64,000 nucleotides of DNA from Octopus sinensis. Its lineage: Eukaryota. Each line of letters begins with the position of its first letter. Position 1 is the first letter of the stretch. The DNA lies in NCBI RefSeq assembly GCF_006345805.1, contig NC_042997.1, positions 14,198,001 through 14,262,000 on the forward strand, given 5' to 3'. Below the pieces are notes generated by a model. That model saw only the letters and a list, made by a program, of their open reading frames with translations. It was not told the DNA's origin and searched no databases. Shown in pieces: positions 38,860 through 51,588 of this stretch. A program made the translations under genes and the position numbers.

Positions 38860-39242
38860 TCTTTATATATAAAAGTGAAGTTGTGTCTGTCTCCTACGAT
38901 TTAGATTTCTTACTCCCACATTTTGCGGTGCAGTGTAACCAAAAGCGGGTATCTTATAGTCGTGATTCATATCGAGCCCGTCTGGGTATTAGCGCGCGTC
39001 TACGATGAGTCTACGATTCAAAAAAAAAATTTACCATCATTTTTTTCCATTTTAATGCATTTTTTCGCTACTATATAGGGGAAGTAACTCTCTAAAAATG
39101 TCTACAATGAGTCAACGATTTAAAAAAAAATTTACCATCAATTTTTTTCCATTTTTAATGCATTTTTTTTATATAACTCTCTAAAAATGCTTATATAGTT
39201 ATTTCCCTTACAAACCCGAGCAATGCCAGGCGATACTGCTAG
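38860..39242 (+). mobile_element. Non-autonomous Helitron
   Basis: 5' TC, subterminal hairpin cccgagcaatgccagg, 3' CTAG, inserted between A and T with no TSD, and an internal ~90-bp duplication. Confidence 0.85.
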
Positions 39243-39260
39243 TTATATATAATACCTTAA

Positions 39261-40338
39261 TTCTTTCGTTACCAAACCGCCCGAAAAAAATTTTGGTTAA
39301 TGTGACCAAGCCGCCCAAAACCGCCCGAATTTACCTATTCATATTTAAATGAGAATATCAGAGCAAATCTCTATTACATGCGTGAAAACACATATTATAC
39401 TTCGTAAACAGTTCAACTACAGTTTTGTACAAAAATCGAAGTGTAATTTTAATTCCGTGAATTTTGGGAGATTTTTTTCCGAAATTTGTTCCTATTGTGT
39501 TTTCAAAATTTGTAATTCTGACAAAAAATGGATACGAATTTCATTATATCAAGCAGCGAGTCAGAATTCGAAGGATTTTCTACTGAAGACCTTCATAAAT
39601 CTAACTCTATGACTGAAAAAAAAAAAAAGCACGCGGTATTTGATAATGAATCCGATGTTTCATTTTCCGAAAGTGAAAACAGTGAATCCGAGAGCTCCGA
39701 CAGCGATAAAGAAAATGAATTGGCACTTGAATGGAGTGAAAATTTAAAAACTGTTTCTTTCGGTGATTTTTCTGAAAAAACTGGACCAAGCCACAGACTT
39801 TCCCAGAAGAGTAAAGCCTTAGACTATTTCTTTTTACTTTTTCGAATGAGCCTATTTGAAATCATTACGGCAGAAACGAACCGTTACGCTAAACGTAAAC
39901 AAAGTGAAAGAAAGGATAGTTTGTTATTTCCCACAACCTTAAATGAAATTAAGGCCTATTTTGCCATAAATATTATTATGGGTATCAGAAAGTTACCCAG
40001 AATAACAAATTCTATCGTAAAATTTTGTTGTATACCCAATTGAATATTAGCTAGTAACCCATTTTCTATAGCGATGTTTGAACAAAATTTTAATAATTTT
40101 ATATTTTGTTGAATTTACCTGTATCTACCTGCAATTAGAGTCACTTTGTGACAAAAATTATAGTATAGAATTGGTTGAGAACATTTCATTAAATTATCTT
40201 CCAAAATTCAAGTTAATATATTGATAAATAAAAAAGTTATAGTTGTTTAATGAAACCAGACTAAATTTATGATTACGTTAGAAATTAACTGAAACACATA
40301 AGGGGTGTATTTTGGTCAGAAATATAGTAACGAAAGCG
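39261..40338 (+). mobile_element. Internally deleted piggyBac transposon carrying transposase N-terminus
   Basis: TTAA flanks and ctttcgttac/gtaacgaaag TIRs. ORF 39528-40043 has an acidic N-terminus, then LDYFFLLF...EIITAETNRYA...TTLNEIKAYFAINIIMGIRKLP, the start of the piggyBac (PGBD) transposase domain. No catalytic core is present. Confidence 0.85.
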
Positions 40339-42086
40339 TTAATGCATAAAAGCTGAGTGAGGACAATCAAAATGAGTATACCCATGATCTACTCAGCTCT
40401 TAAGTGCAAAAAAGCAATTTATGTACTCAATATACTCAAACTCCTTTTCTCTCTCTTCAAGTCTATCAGTCTAGTAAAGAAGCAGGTTGAATAGACCAGG
40501 AGGCACTCCAAACCAACACAGTAAAACTATGTTAAATGATGACTATGATACAAAAATAAGAGAAATGTTTAACCCTTTAAACCAACCAAAACTGGCCCAA
40601 ATATTGTGTGCGTTTTATGCAAAAACTGACCAGATCCAACCTATCATACCTACCCTACAACATCATTTTAAAAATATAACCTCACATTGAAATCATGATG
40701 CTACAAGATAATATATGATTAATTCAAAACAATGTAAATAAATAAGCATTACATTTGACAAAGAAGTCTGAATGCTAAAAAGTTAACAAAAAGACAATGA
40801 CTTTACAGAGATCAAGTCCTTAGTCTGCACTGACCTAGCTTGGGTTTAGCTCTTACATACTTAAATAGTACATATTCTTACTAATCTGTAAAAGAGAAAA
40901 GGCTACATCAACCGCGAAAGGGCTTTAGAATTATAAGCTACCAAATAAACTGCATTGCTACTACTAACACTGCATTTACCAACCTATGCTAACATGGAAA
41001 GCGGACAGATGATGATGATGAGAGTAAAGAATTCAGAGTGAATTTTTGAGGTCAAGATTCTTATAGAAAACTATAATAAAATTTTTCTCTACTAAAACAT
41101 CAGATTATCATTCATACAATAACAAGATTAAGATTTTAATATAAATACAAATATTACATTTAACCATATATAAATAATATAAGTATAAATGTAATAATAA
41201 TCATCATCATTTAACGTCCAAGTAATATGCTGGCAGGAGTTGAACAGTTTGACAGGATCTAATGGGTACAAAGACTTCATTGTACTCTAGTGGTTTTGGC
41301 ATGGTCTCTGCAGATGGACCCTCTTATTCATGCCAACCACTTTACAGCATGTGCGGTGTGCTTTATTTTTTCATGCCACCATGAAACTTATTGGAATAAG
41401 AACCCCGAGCAGTGGAGTGACAAATGATTTGGAACAGATTGGGAACAAAACCAAGAGTGGTCTTAAGAAGATTGGTAAGTATAGATTAACCCTTTAGCAT
41501 TCAGATTATTCTGTCGAATGTAATACTTAACTATTCACATTATTTTGAATTATCATCATCGTTTAACATCTGCTTTCCATGCTAGCATGGGTTGGGCAAT
41601 TTGACTGAGGACTAGCGAACCAGATGGCTGCAACATGCTCCAATCTGATCAGGCAGAGTTTCTACAGCTGGATGCCCTTCCTAACGCCAACCACTCCGAG
41701 AGTGCAGTGGGTGCTTTTATGTTTTTTACGTATCACCTGCTACTCATGCATAATATCATAACATTCAGATTTCAATGATGTGATCACCTATTTTCAGGAT
41801 GACATTGTTGCGTAGATGTGAGATGCCAGATCTGACTAGTTTGAACATAAAACAAGAATATTTGGGCTGGATAATTTAAATAATAAAGGGGATTAATTTA
41901 AATGATAATGGGTTAAGATACCTTTTCTTAACCTTAAACCTTATTTTATATGTAGATAACATTTATTTTAATATAACATTTAAATAACTGTCCATCTACA
42001 CAATGTGGTAATTGTTCTATAAAATACCTAAATGAATCAAATTATAATAATGGTATTTAAAAAAGATAAAAATCTATCGCAACAGT

Positions 42087-42450
42087 GGCGCAGGAGTGGC
42101 TGTGTGGTAAGTAGCTTGCTAACCAACCACATGGTTCCGGGTTCAGTCCCACTGCATGGCATCTTGGGCAAGTGTCTTCTGCTATAGCCCCAGGCCGACC
42201 AATGCCTTGTGAGTGGATTTGGTAGACGGAAACTGAAAGAAGCCTGTCGTATATATGTATATATAAATAAGTGTGTGTGTATATGTTTGTGTGACTGTTT
42301 GTCCCCCTAGCATTGCTTGATAACCGATGGTGGTGTGTTTACGTCCCCGTCACCTAGCGGTTCGGCAAAAGAGACCGATAGAATAAGTACTGGTGCTCCA
42401 GCATGGCCGCAGTCAAATGACTGAAACAAGTAAAAGAGTAAAAAGAGAGA
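42087..42450 (+). mobile_element. tRNA-derived SINE (gcaggagtggc family)
   Basis: Young copy with an internal deletion near the 3' end. Confidence 0.88.
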
Positions 42451-42764
42451 GTAACAGAATTTAGATTTAAACTTAACTAGACAATACTGCAACACATTTG
42501 AATGAGTTATAAAACAAAGTATTTGGGCATTAAGAATGATTATAAAAAGGACAATATTCATTTTGTGATAATTTTGTAATAAAATAAAAGCTATAAACAT
42601 TAAAGATAATGGTTATATATAGAAGAAGAAAAAGTTAATTGCAGTTATAGCAATTAAGTCTTTCTCAAACATATAAAAGAAATCACTAACATACTTATAA
42701 CTAAGAACTGAAACCAAATTTCATTACTGCCAAACCACAACAACCATAATATCAAAAGTATAAA

Positions 42765-42799
<35 letters not shown>

Positions 42800-42801
<2 letters not shown>

Positions 42802-43650
42802 TCTTTCTACTAAAGGCACAAGGCCTGAAATTTTGGGTGAGGGGACTAGTTGATTACATCGCCCCAATGTTACAGTTTCATCGACCCCAAAAGGATGAAA
42901 GGCAAAGTCAACCCTGGTAGAATTTGAACTCAGAACGTAAAGATGGACAAAATGTTTCTCAGCATTTTGTCCGGCATGCTAACGATTCTGCCAGCTCACC
43001 ATCTTTTCGTTTAAAGGCACAATACCTGCAATTTTTACGGGAGGAGGAAAGTTAATTACATCGAACCCAGTACTTGATTGGTACTTATTTCATCAACCCC
43101 CAAAAAGATGAAAGATGGATGAAATGCTGCTAAGCCTTACGTCCAGTGTGCTAATACTTCTGCCAGCTCACCATATTAGTAGTAATAATAATAATAATAA
43201 TAATAGTTTCAAATTTTGCCACAAGGGAAGCAGATTAAGTCAATTACATTGACCCTAGTGTTCAACTGGTACTTAATTTATCGACCCCCAAAAGGATAAA
43301 GGGCAAAGTGAATCTAGGCAGAATTTGAACACGCAACATAAAGACAAACAAAATGTTGCAAAGCCTTTTGCCAGGAGTGCTAACAATTCTGCCAGCTGGC
43401 TGCCTTAATGATAATAATAATTCCTATTACCATTATTATTATTAGGTAAACTGGCAGAATTGTTAGCATGGTAGACAAAATGCTTCGCAGAATTTCTTTC
43501 TGCTCACTGCGTTCTGAGTTCAAATGCTAAGATCAACTTAGCTTTTCATCCTTTCAGGATCTATAAAATATCTTGACCCCAGTCAAATAGTGGGGTCAAT
43601 ATAATCAACTAGCTCACTCCCACTTTTGTGCCAAAATTTGGAACTATCAT
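42800..43650. mobile_element. Cluster of old CORE-type SINEs (three minus, one plus), CpG-decayed
   Basis: Recognisable CORE motif with systematic CG>TG/CA changes. Confidence 0.75.
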
Positions 43651-44079
43651 CATCATCATCAAGAAGAAATAACCATGCCTCAGACAACTCTCATTGGCAT
43701 TGGTACACTTATTAATAGTAAGATTAACATTTATTAATAAATACGATTAAAAAATTAATAAAATGAAATAAACTGAATATCAAACTTTTTCTAAGACATA
43801 AATTTTTAGTCACTTAAAGATGAATTTTGAGAAATATCCATTTTAATAAAAACAAGTTTTAAAAATAGTTTGATTTTCTAGTATTTTCCAATTTATTGAA
43901 ATTTTAACAAAAGTTTACTCAACTTATAAAAATAATAATAATGAAAAGGTGTTAATTCAACGAGTTACTGGATTTTATGTATTAGATAAACGAACAAAAA
44001 TCAACTCCTAATCAATTAAGTTATCTTACCTATAGGTAAAAATCCTGGAAAATATAAGTTTTTAAGAAATATATTACAT

Positions 44080-45380
44080 GTTCTTTGACGAGAGTATGGG
44101 ATGTTCTGGATTGCAAAACAATGTGTAGGGGCAAAATCAAAACATTGTTGGGGAAAAGTTTGTATAGAATGACAACAGCATACTCACATTCACAGACACC
44201 AAGAAGAAACACAGAAATGATACAAGAAACAGCTGAATGGAAAGGCTTAGGAGAGGGGATCTACTTTAAGTAGACATATCACTGGGACAAGCTATTGAAT
44301 TTGACAACAACAGAGTTGAAAGTATAATTAAGGATATGAACAGAGGGAAAGAAGCCAGACAAATAGGGATAGTCACTGAAATATCTAGGGGACAGAGACA
44401 CCAGATAAAACGGTAAATTGTTATATTCAAGGAATGGCATAGAAATAAGCAAGTACAGAAGCAGCAAAACACTGGACCTGTTTGTGAAAAAAAAGTAAAG
44501 AGTTGCAGTAACTGTTTGAAGAGAGCTTAGATGATATAGAGTTTAATTGTGCACCAATGCTCTCTTCTGAATGAGAGAACTACAGATGTCCTCAGCTAAG
44601 GGTAAGGCTCTGTATTTAGCATTTCTCAACCAGAAGTAAACTTCTGACAGGGTACCATGCTCTGCTATCAGGTGATTACTAACAAAATTAAGAACAGGTG
44701 GATGGTTTGTTACAGCTGTACAACCCATGTCATCAGCAAAGTGAGAATTAAAAAGGAGCTCAGTGAGATAAGTGTCCATCAAAGCTCAATTATCAGTTTC
44801 CGGTTTATCATAGTTCTCCATGACATAAGAAGACTGGCTGTCCATGGGAACTCCGATGTGCCATTGACAAGTTTTTTAGATGAATCTACTGAAAAATTAA
44901 AAGAAATGCCTAATATAGAAGCAAATCGTAGAATCACGAGGCCTCAAAGTAAACCTGACGAAAACAAGAATTTTAGTAAGCAGAAAAGAACACAGATCTC
45001 AGCTGCCATGGTCATTCTCAATATGTAGAAAAGGAATAGGTAAGAATTCTGTACTGTGTACCAGACATAAATAAGCATGCGCAAGAGATGCAGTAAGATC
45101 ACAGGCAGACTCACAAGAAAAGCCATGCCACTCCAGTAAAATATGTAATGTTAGTGCATAGATGTGAAGTGAGAGGAGAAAAAAAGAGCATGAGAAATGT
45201 GCCAAATTATACAAATGGAAGAAATCTGCAGAGGAAAAAGAAAATGGGAGAAGTGGTGAAAGCTGATCACCAAAAACAGAATCGCACGAACGAGATAACA
45301 GAAAGACAACAAATGACAAAACAATGGGAAAAAAATAAAAAAGATAAAATGCTGTCCCAACAAGTCTGACTTATCAAAAT
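44080..45380 (+). mobile_element. Highly degenerate LINE (probably RTE) remnant
   Basis: Purine-rich strand. The peptide VESIIKDMNRGKEARQIGIVTEIS resembles the RT N-terminal K..GKA.G..GI..E motif. Confidence 0.45.
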
Positions 45381-47071
45381 TGAAGTAAAATTGTAAAATG
45401 GGAGATAATCGTGTACAGAGTAACCTCCCTTCAAAATCGTTTACTGGTCTTTGTTGTGTACCCAGGAACAGTTAGTATAATTATACGTATTGGTTCAGAA
45501 AGATATATATTTCCATTACTGTGAAGAAAAGAAAACTCTAATATTCCAGATGGTTAGCTTCAATAGTTTAAAACTAAAGGTAATGACTTTTTTGGGTTTT
45601 TTTTTTTACCATCACCCCAACACTAAAACTGTACATACGAAAGACTTGAAATAGCAGCAGCTACCTCAAATTACACATTAAAATCTTTAAAAAAAAAAAA
45701 AAAGATACAATGGATAATACTATCCTAGATACACTGTTGCATGGAAGGAGGGAAAAAAACCAGATGGTCGTGACTGGAATACCTTAAATTATAGACTTGT
45801 TCGATCAGGGCTGATTTCTTACTAAACAACTAAGACCGTAATAATCTACTGTAATGTAGACAACCAAGACACATATAGTACTGAATGGTTTACAGTGAAT
45901 AGTAACTCAACTGAAATCAATTTTACTTTTCACTTCAGTTGATAAAATAAACATACGCACCAAACAATACGGATATCACTTCAATCAACTGTAAACTCCT
46001 TAACACAAAAGTTAAGTGTAATCAAGGAGACTCGAGATTAAATTTTTGACCAAAGCTACTTCAATTTCTTTGTTCTGCCGCTAATACAACTTAGAAAGCA
46101 TGAATACCACAACCCATTCATCATCTACTGCAGAAATGGAGGTTTTGTGTTTCAACAATTAGAATTTAACAGTTATTTCTTTCTTTGAGATACATTCTAA
46201 AGCTATCTGCACCATTTTTCATCACAGAACAATTTGTCTAAAACTGAAAATTCTACCATTAAGGTTCATCATCATCATCATTTAATGTACGCTTTCCATG
46301 CTAGCATGGGTTGGACGATTTGACAGTGGACTGGCAAACCAGATGGCTGCACCAGACTCCAATCTGATCTGGCAGAGTTTCTACGGCTGGATGCCCTTCC
46401 TAACGCCAACCACTCCGAGAGTGTTCTGCTTCACTATTACCATGAACAGAGAGAGATTCACTGAAGAATTAGTCTTCAGCATATCACAAGTTTTTAAAAA
46501 CTGTAAACTGTGTTAACAGAAGCAAGATTTCACCTTTGTTCACAATTGCTTGTTCTATTGCTAACGAGTAGGTAATGATAGAAGAGTGATAACTCTTCCA
46601 CATAACCAGGCAAAATTAAGCAGAGTAATGTACCTTGCTACGACAGGTAGAAGGCAAAGAGAAAATTTGAATTTCTGAATTCGAAATAGTGCGTAAATCC
46701 TCGTGGAACAATGATTATGGTGAACGAAGAAGGAAAACGTACAAAATAATTGTCTAACACCAGGCGCAGGCGTGTCTGTGTGGTAAGAAGCTTGCTTCCC
46801 AACCACATGGTTCCAGGCTCAGTCCCACAGTCTGATGACTGAAACAAGTAAAAGAATAAAAGAATCAGAAAAAGACCAATAATCTTAAATAGACATTGTT
46901 AAAATTTTCTCTAATATTTGATATGTTTAATCTGTATGATAATCACCTGCTATAAACTTGGTTGTGAGTCAAAGTAACTGAAATTAGAACTACTTTATAG
47001 TTCAAGAAGAAAAAATAAAAATAAAAATAAAAATAAAATAATTAGTAATTTAAAAAGAAAAAATCACTAAC

Positions 47072-47315
47072 CTTGCATTCTGGGAGGAGCTCCCATCTGT
47101 CCAGGTCGTGGTTGAGGTGGTGCTGCAACTGATGTCGCCCGAGCTTGCGGTGTCATCATCTGTTGTGATGGTCCTCCAACACCACGTACAGGTCCTTGCA
47201 AACCAGGGGCTGCAGTACCCGAACTTCCGGGAGCTGCAGGAACACCACGTCCAGCAGCTCGGCCCATACCTGTACCAGGGGCAGCACCAGCCAATGGAAC
47301 ACGAGCAATGCCCTC
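47072..47315 (-). CDS. SNRPB: SNRPB coding exon 3 (Gly/Ala/Pro-rich, GRG motifs)
   Basis: aatattctag|GAG GGC ATT GCT CGT...ATG CAA G|gttagt, 244 nt, phase 0 to 1. Encodes [26 protein letters not shown]...[20 protein letters not shown]..., matching Sm[10 protein letters not shown] and [12 protein letters not shown]. Confidence 0.96.
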
Positions 47316-48508
47316 CTAGAATATTTGAGGAAAAGAAACACATAAACAATCATTAGTTTCATCAGACGTAGCAAATTGACTACAGCTACAGTATCACACT
47401 TGCTTAATTCAATTTAAAATAGAACAAATAAGTAGACGTAATTTGAACTAGCAAATATTTGGTACCAAAAGAAACAAACAATTTTGGGGGAAACTGTTTG
47501 TCTGTGATAGACTGTCATCATTAATCCAACAATATCTAGCCGAAATAGTCTGTTTTATATTCACACCAGCCAGATCCAGCCTCTCACACCTATCCTGCAA
47601 CATCCTGATGAAAATATACAAGCACATCAATGAAACCGCAAAGCAACACAATAAATGATCTATTCAAAATAATGTCAATAAGCATTTCTGAATGCGAGAG
47701 GATTAAAATTATAATAAAATTTTGAAGTGTGATATGAATGTCATTATCATCCTCCTTTAATATCTGTCTTCCATGCTGGCATGAGTTGGATGGTTTGACA
47801 GGAGCTGGTAAGTCTGAGGACTACACAAAGTTCCACTGTCTGCTTTGGCAAAGTATTTTTTTGTGTGTGGTTGGATGCCCTTCCTGATGCCAACCACTTT
47901 ACAGAGTGAACTGGGTGTGTATTACATGGAACTAACACTGGTGAGATCTGCTTTGACATGGTTTTTACTACAGGATGTCCTTCCTAATGCCAACCACTTT
48001 ACAGAGCAGACTGACTGCTTTTTACATGACCCCAGCACCTGCAAGGTCTACTTTGACTTGTTTCTTAATTAAGTATGACAGATAAATGCAGAATAACCTA
48101 ATGTCAGATGAATGAAAAGCAAAACAGTTGAATCACTGTCATAAAAGACTGAGACAATCGACTGCTTTTCTGCCATACAGGACTGGAGGCATTCAACAAA
48201 ACCTCTGCTAAACAGAGTCAAGAGACAGCGAACCACCTGCTGCCATAGAATGTTGGAGTCAGACAACTACCCTGCCATAAAATTACATACCATTGAATAT
48301 ATGATTAATTTAATTAAATATATAGGAAAGTAATTCTAGTCTTGCTCTACAACAATGTTTGAGTTATAAGCCCTTGAAAGACTAACAATCGAAGCAGTGT
48401 TGTTTGACTTGCTACTAAAACTATTAAATCACATTCTATATTGTGTTATGTAATTTGCCCCAAAGAGTTATTGCCAAAATTACATAACCAATTGAATTTT
48501 TCTGGATA

Positions 48509-48893
48509 TCTTTATATATAAAAGAGAAGTTGTGTGTCTGTCTCCAACGATTTAGATTCCTAACTACTCCCACATTTTGCGGTGCAGTTTAACCAAAAGC
48601 GGGTATCTTATATCGTGATTCATATTGAGCCCTTCTGGGTATTAGCGCGCGTCTACGATGAGTCTACAATTTAAAAAAAAATTTACCATCATTTTTTTCC
48701 ATTTTAATGCATTTTTTCGCTATTATATAAGGGAAGTAACTCTCTAAAAATGCCTACGATGAGTCGATGTAAAAAAAAATTTACCATCATTTTTTTTTCC
48801 ATTTTTAATGCATTTTTTTGGCTATAACTCTCTAAAAATGCTTATATAGTTATTTCCCTTACAAACCCGAGCAACGCCGGGCAATACTGCTAG
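48509..48893 (+). mobile_element. Non-autonomous Helitron (second copy)
   Basis: A|TC...cccgagcaacgccggg...CTAG|T, near-identical to 38860-39242. Confidence 0.87.
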
Positions 48894-50017
48894 TTGGTTT
48901 ATATAGTAAACAGGAGTGGCTGTAACCACACCAAAGCTGACAAGACCCAGCTAGGTTCAAATCATGGACTTTCAGCTTTAAGAACTTTTATATTTCTCAG
49001 GGTTTCATTCAGTCACTCACTTTAGGTCTGATTTTCCCCATACTAGCATGGGTTAGATGAATACATTATCAAAACATTCTTTTACAGATGGATGCCCTTC
49101 TAGTTGCTAGTCCATACCTGTTTTTCAAGTAAGGGATCTATTATTCCACACAGCTTTGAAAGTAGGCATTTCTTGACAATTTGACAACGATGATTCAGGT
49201 GGTAGGTAGCTCAGAAAATTACAAATGTAAACAAACACATGCAACTATATATATATAATCGTTGCTATTATGCAAAAGTGCCGTAAGTCCAAAACGTTGC
49301 TTTTTCAGAAAATGGAAAAATAATTTCACCATTCCATAGCAAAAACTCTGACAATTTTTGATATCTTGGCATCTGAAGCAGCTGGAGATATGATCATTTG
49401 ACCAAAAGAACCAGCTATTGCAAGCAAAAATAAATATTGAAAAAAGAAACCGCATTTGACCAAAATTGGACATATGACAGTTTAACATAGCATCCATACC
49501 TATATGACAGTTTAATAGCAACGATATATTTTCATTCACTCATTTGTTCAATGTCCTTATTTCAATAAGTACAGATTAAACATTATTTCGCAGCAGAGTA
49601 CCTTTACTGTCACTAACTTTTACTTGATTTTCCTTTAGTTAAGGGATATCCTATTTCACATGCCTTTGAAGGTGTGAAGCCAGACAAAGGTAACAGAAGC
49701 TATCAACTACTTCTAGTTTTTCCCCGTAGCATGGGACGGAAGCTGTTTTCTGCACATTTTCAGTGTTTATTGCCCCTGAGGAATGTGTAGTACTGAGGTA
49801 GGTGGCTTATGCCAGGTGTTGAGAAACAAGAATGATAGAGAGATAGGAAAAGGCGTTTTCCTGTAGAGAAGATACATTGTGCCTGGCTAAGTTCACATAC
49901 TTTCTATTTGATCCTTATTTTTAGCTATATTGTTACTACTATCACAACATAATTAATCAATATAACATAATAAATATTTTGTTTTTTGGTCCCCCAATCC
50001 CTTATCTGGTGGTCAAT

Positions 50018-51588
50018 GCAGAAACCAGAGAAAGATGAGTTGTTAGTGAGAGCTGTACAAGCCATGTACAGGGATGCTGTCAGTAAGGTGAGGGTTGGCA
50101 ACGAGTATAGTGAAGAATTCTAGGTAGGGGTTCATCAAGGATCGGTCCTCAGCCCCATCTTATTCATCATCTCCAGGCAATAACAGATGAAGTCAAGACA
50201 GGATGCTCCTGGGAGCTTCTCTATGCTGAAGACCTTGCTCTAATAGCAGAGTCACTATCAGAACTAGAGAAGTTTCAGGTGTGGAAGCAAGGTCTAGAAT
50301 CAAAGGGCTTTAGAGTCAATCTAGCTAAAACCAAAGTCGTAATAAGTAGGAAGGTAGACAAATCACAAATCCCTTCAGCTAGATGGCCCTGCTCGATCTG
50401 TAGAAACTCCATAAGATGTACTCAGTGTAATCTATGGACATACAAGAGGTGCAGCAATATCAAAGGAAGGCTAACTGAGAAGATAGTCTTTGTGTGTGGC
50501 AAATGCTCAGGGGCAATAAACATTGAAAACAGCTTCCGTCACATGCTACAGGGAAAAACTAGAAGTAGTTGATAGCTTCCGTTACCTAAGTGACAAGTCA
50601 GTAGCAGTAGTGGATGCTCAGAGAGTGTAGCTGCTAGAATAAGAATAGCCTGGGCAAAGTTCAGACAACTTCTACCTCTGCTGGTAACAAAGGGCCACTC
50701 ATTCAGAGTAAAAGGTAGACTGTATGACACACACGTGCGAACAGGCATGTTACTTGGAAGTGAAACATGGGCCGTGACAGCTGAGGATATGCGTAAGCTT
50801 GCAAGAAATGAAGCTAGTATGCTCCGCTGGATGTGTAACGTTAGTATGCATACACAAGAGAGTGTAAGTGCCCTGAGACAAAAGTTGAACATAAGAAGCA
50901 TGGTGTGCAAGAGAGACGACTGCACTGGTATGGAAAAGTGTTGTGTATGGATGAGGACAGCTGTGTGAAAAATTGTCATGCCCTAGTAGTAGAGGGAACC
51001 TATAGAAGACCTGGGATGAGGTGGTGAAGCACAACCTTCCAACGTTGGGCCTCACAGAGGCAACGATGAGTGACGGAGACCTTTGGAGATATGCTGTGCT
51101 TGAGAAGATCCAGCAAGTGAGACCATAACCATGGCCTATGCCAGTGCAGCATAACTGATCCATTTAAGAGTACCCTTCAATCATTGGGCAATAAACTATG
51201 CTTGCGAAGACCTGTTGAGTCAAGTGAAGTCATTGTTGAGGTTGATGCCTGTGCTGTCTGACTGGCTCCGGTGCCAGTGACACGTAAAAAGCAGCATTCA
51301 AGCATAATTGATGTCAGTACTGCCTGACTGGTCTTCGTGCCAGTGGCACGTAAAAAGCACCATTCAAGCATAATTGATGCCAGTACTGCCTCACTGGTCT
51401 TCGTGCCAGTGGCATGTAAAAAGCAGCCACTACACTCTCAGAGTGGTTGGCATTAGGAAGGGCATCCAGCTGTAGAAACTTTGCCAGATGAGACTGGAGC
51501 CTGTTACAGCCTTCTGGCTTGCTAGTTCTCAGTCAAACCATCCAACCCAAGCCAGCATGGAAAGCAGACATTAAATGATGATGATGAT
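50018..51588 (+). mobile_element. RTE-clade LINE, 5'-truncated, with embedded Cys/His finger and (GAT)n tail
   Basis: Disrupted RT motifs GVHQGSVLSP.LF and LLYAEDL, then WPCSIC...CTQC..W..KRC...FVCGKC, then LEVVDSFRYL and MLLGSETW. The 3' UTR has tandem repeats and ends in gatgatgat. Confidence 0.88.

Noticed and set aside
47050-47374. Overlapping ORFs 47050-47349(-), 47108-47356(+), 47156-47374(-)
   Set aside because: These are shadow frames of GC-rich SNRPB exon 3; only the GIARVPLAG frame matches SmB and the splice phases.
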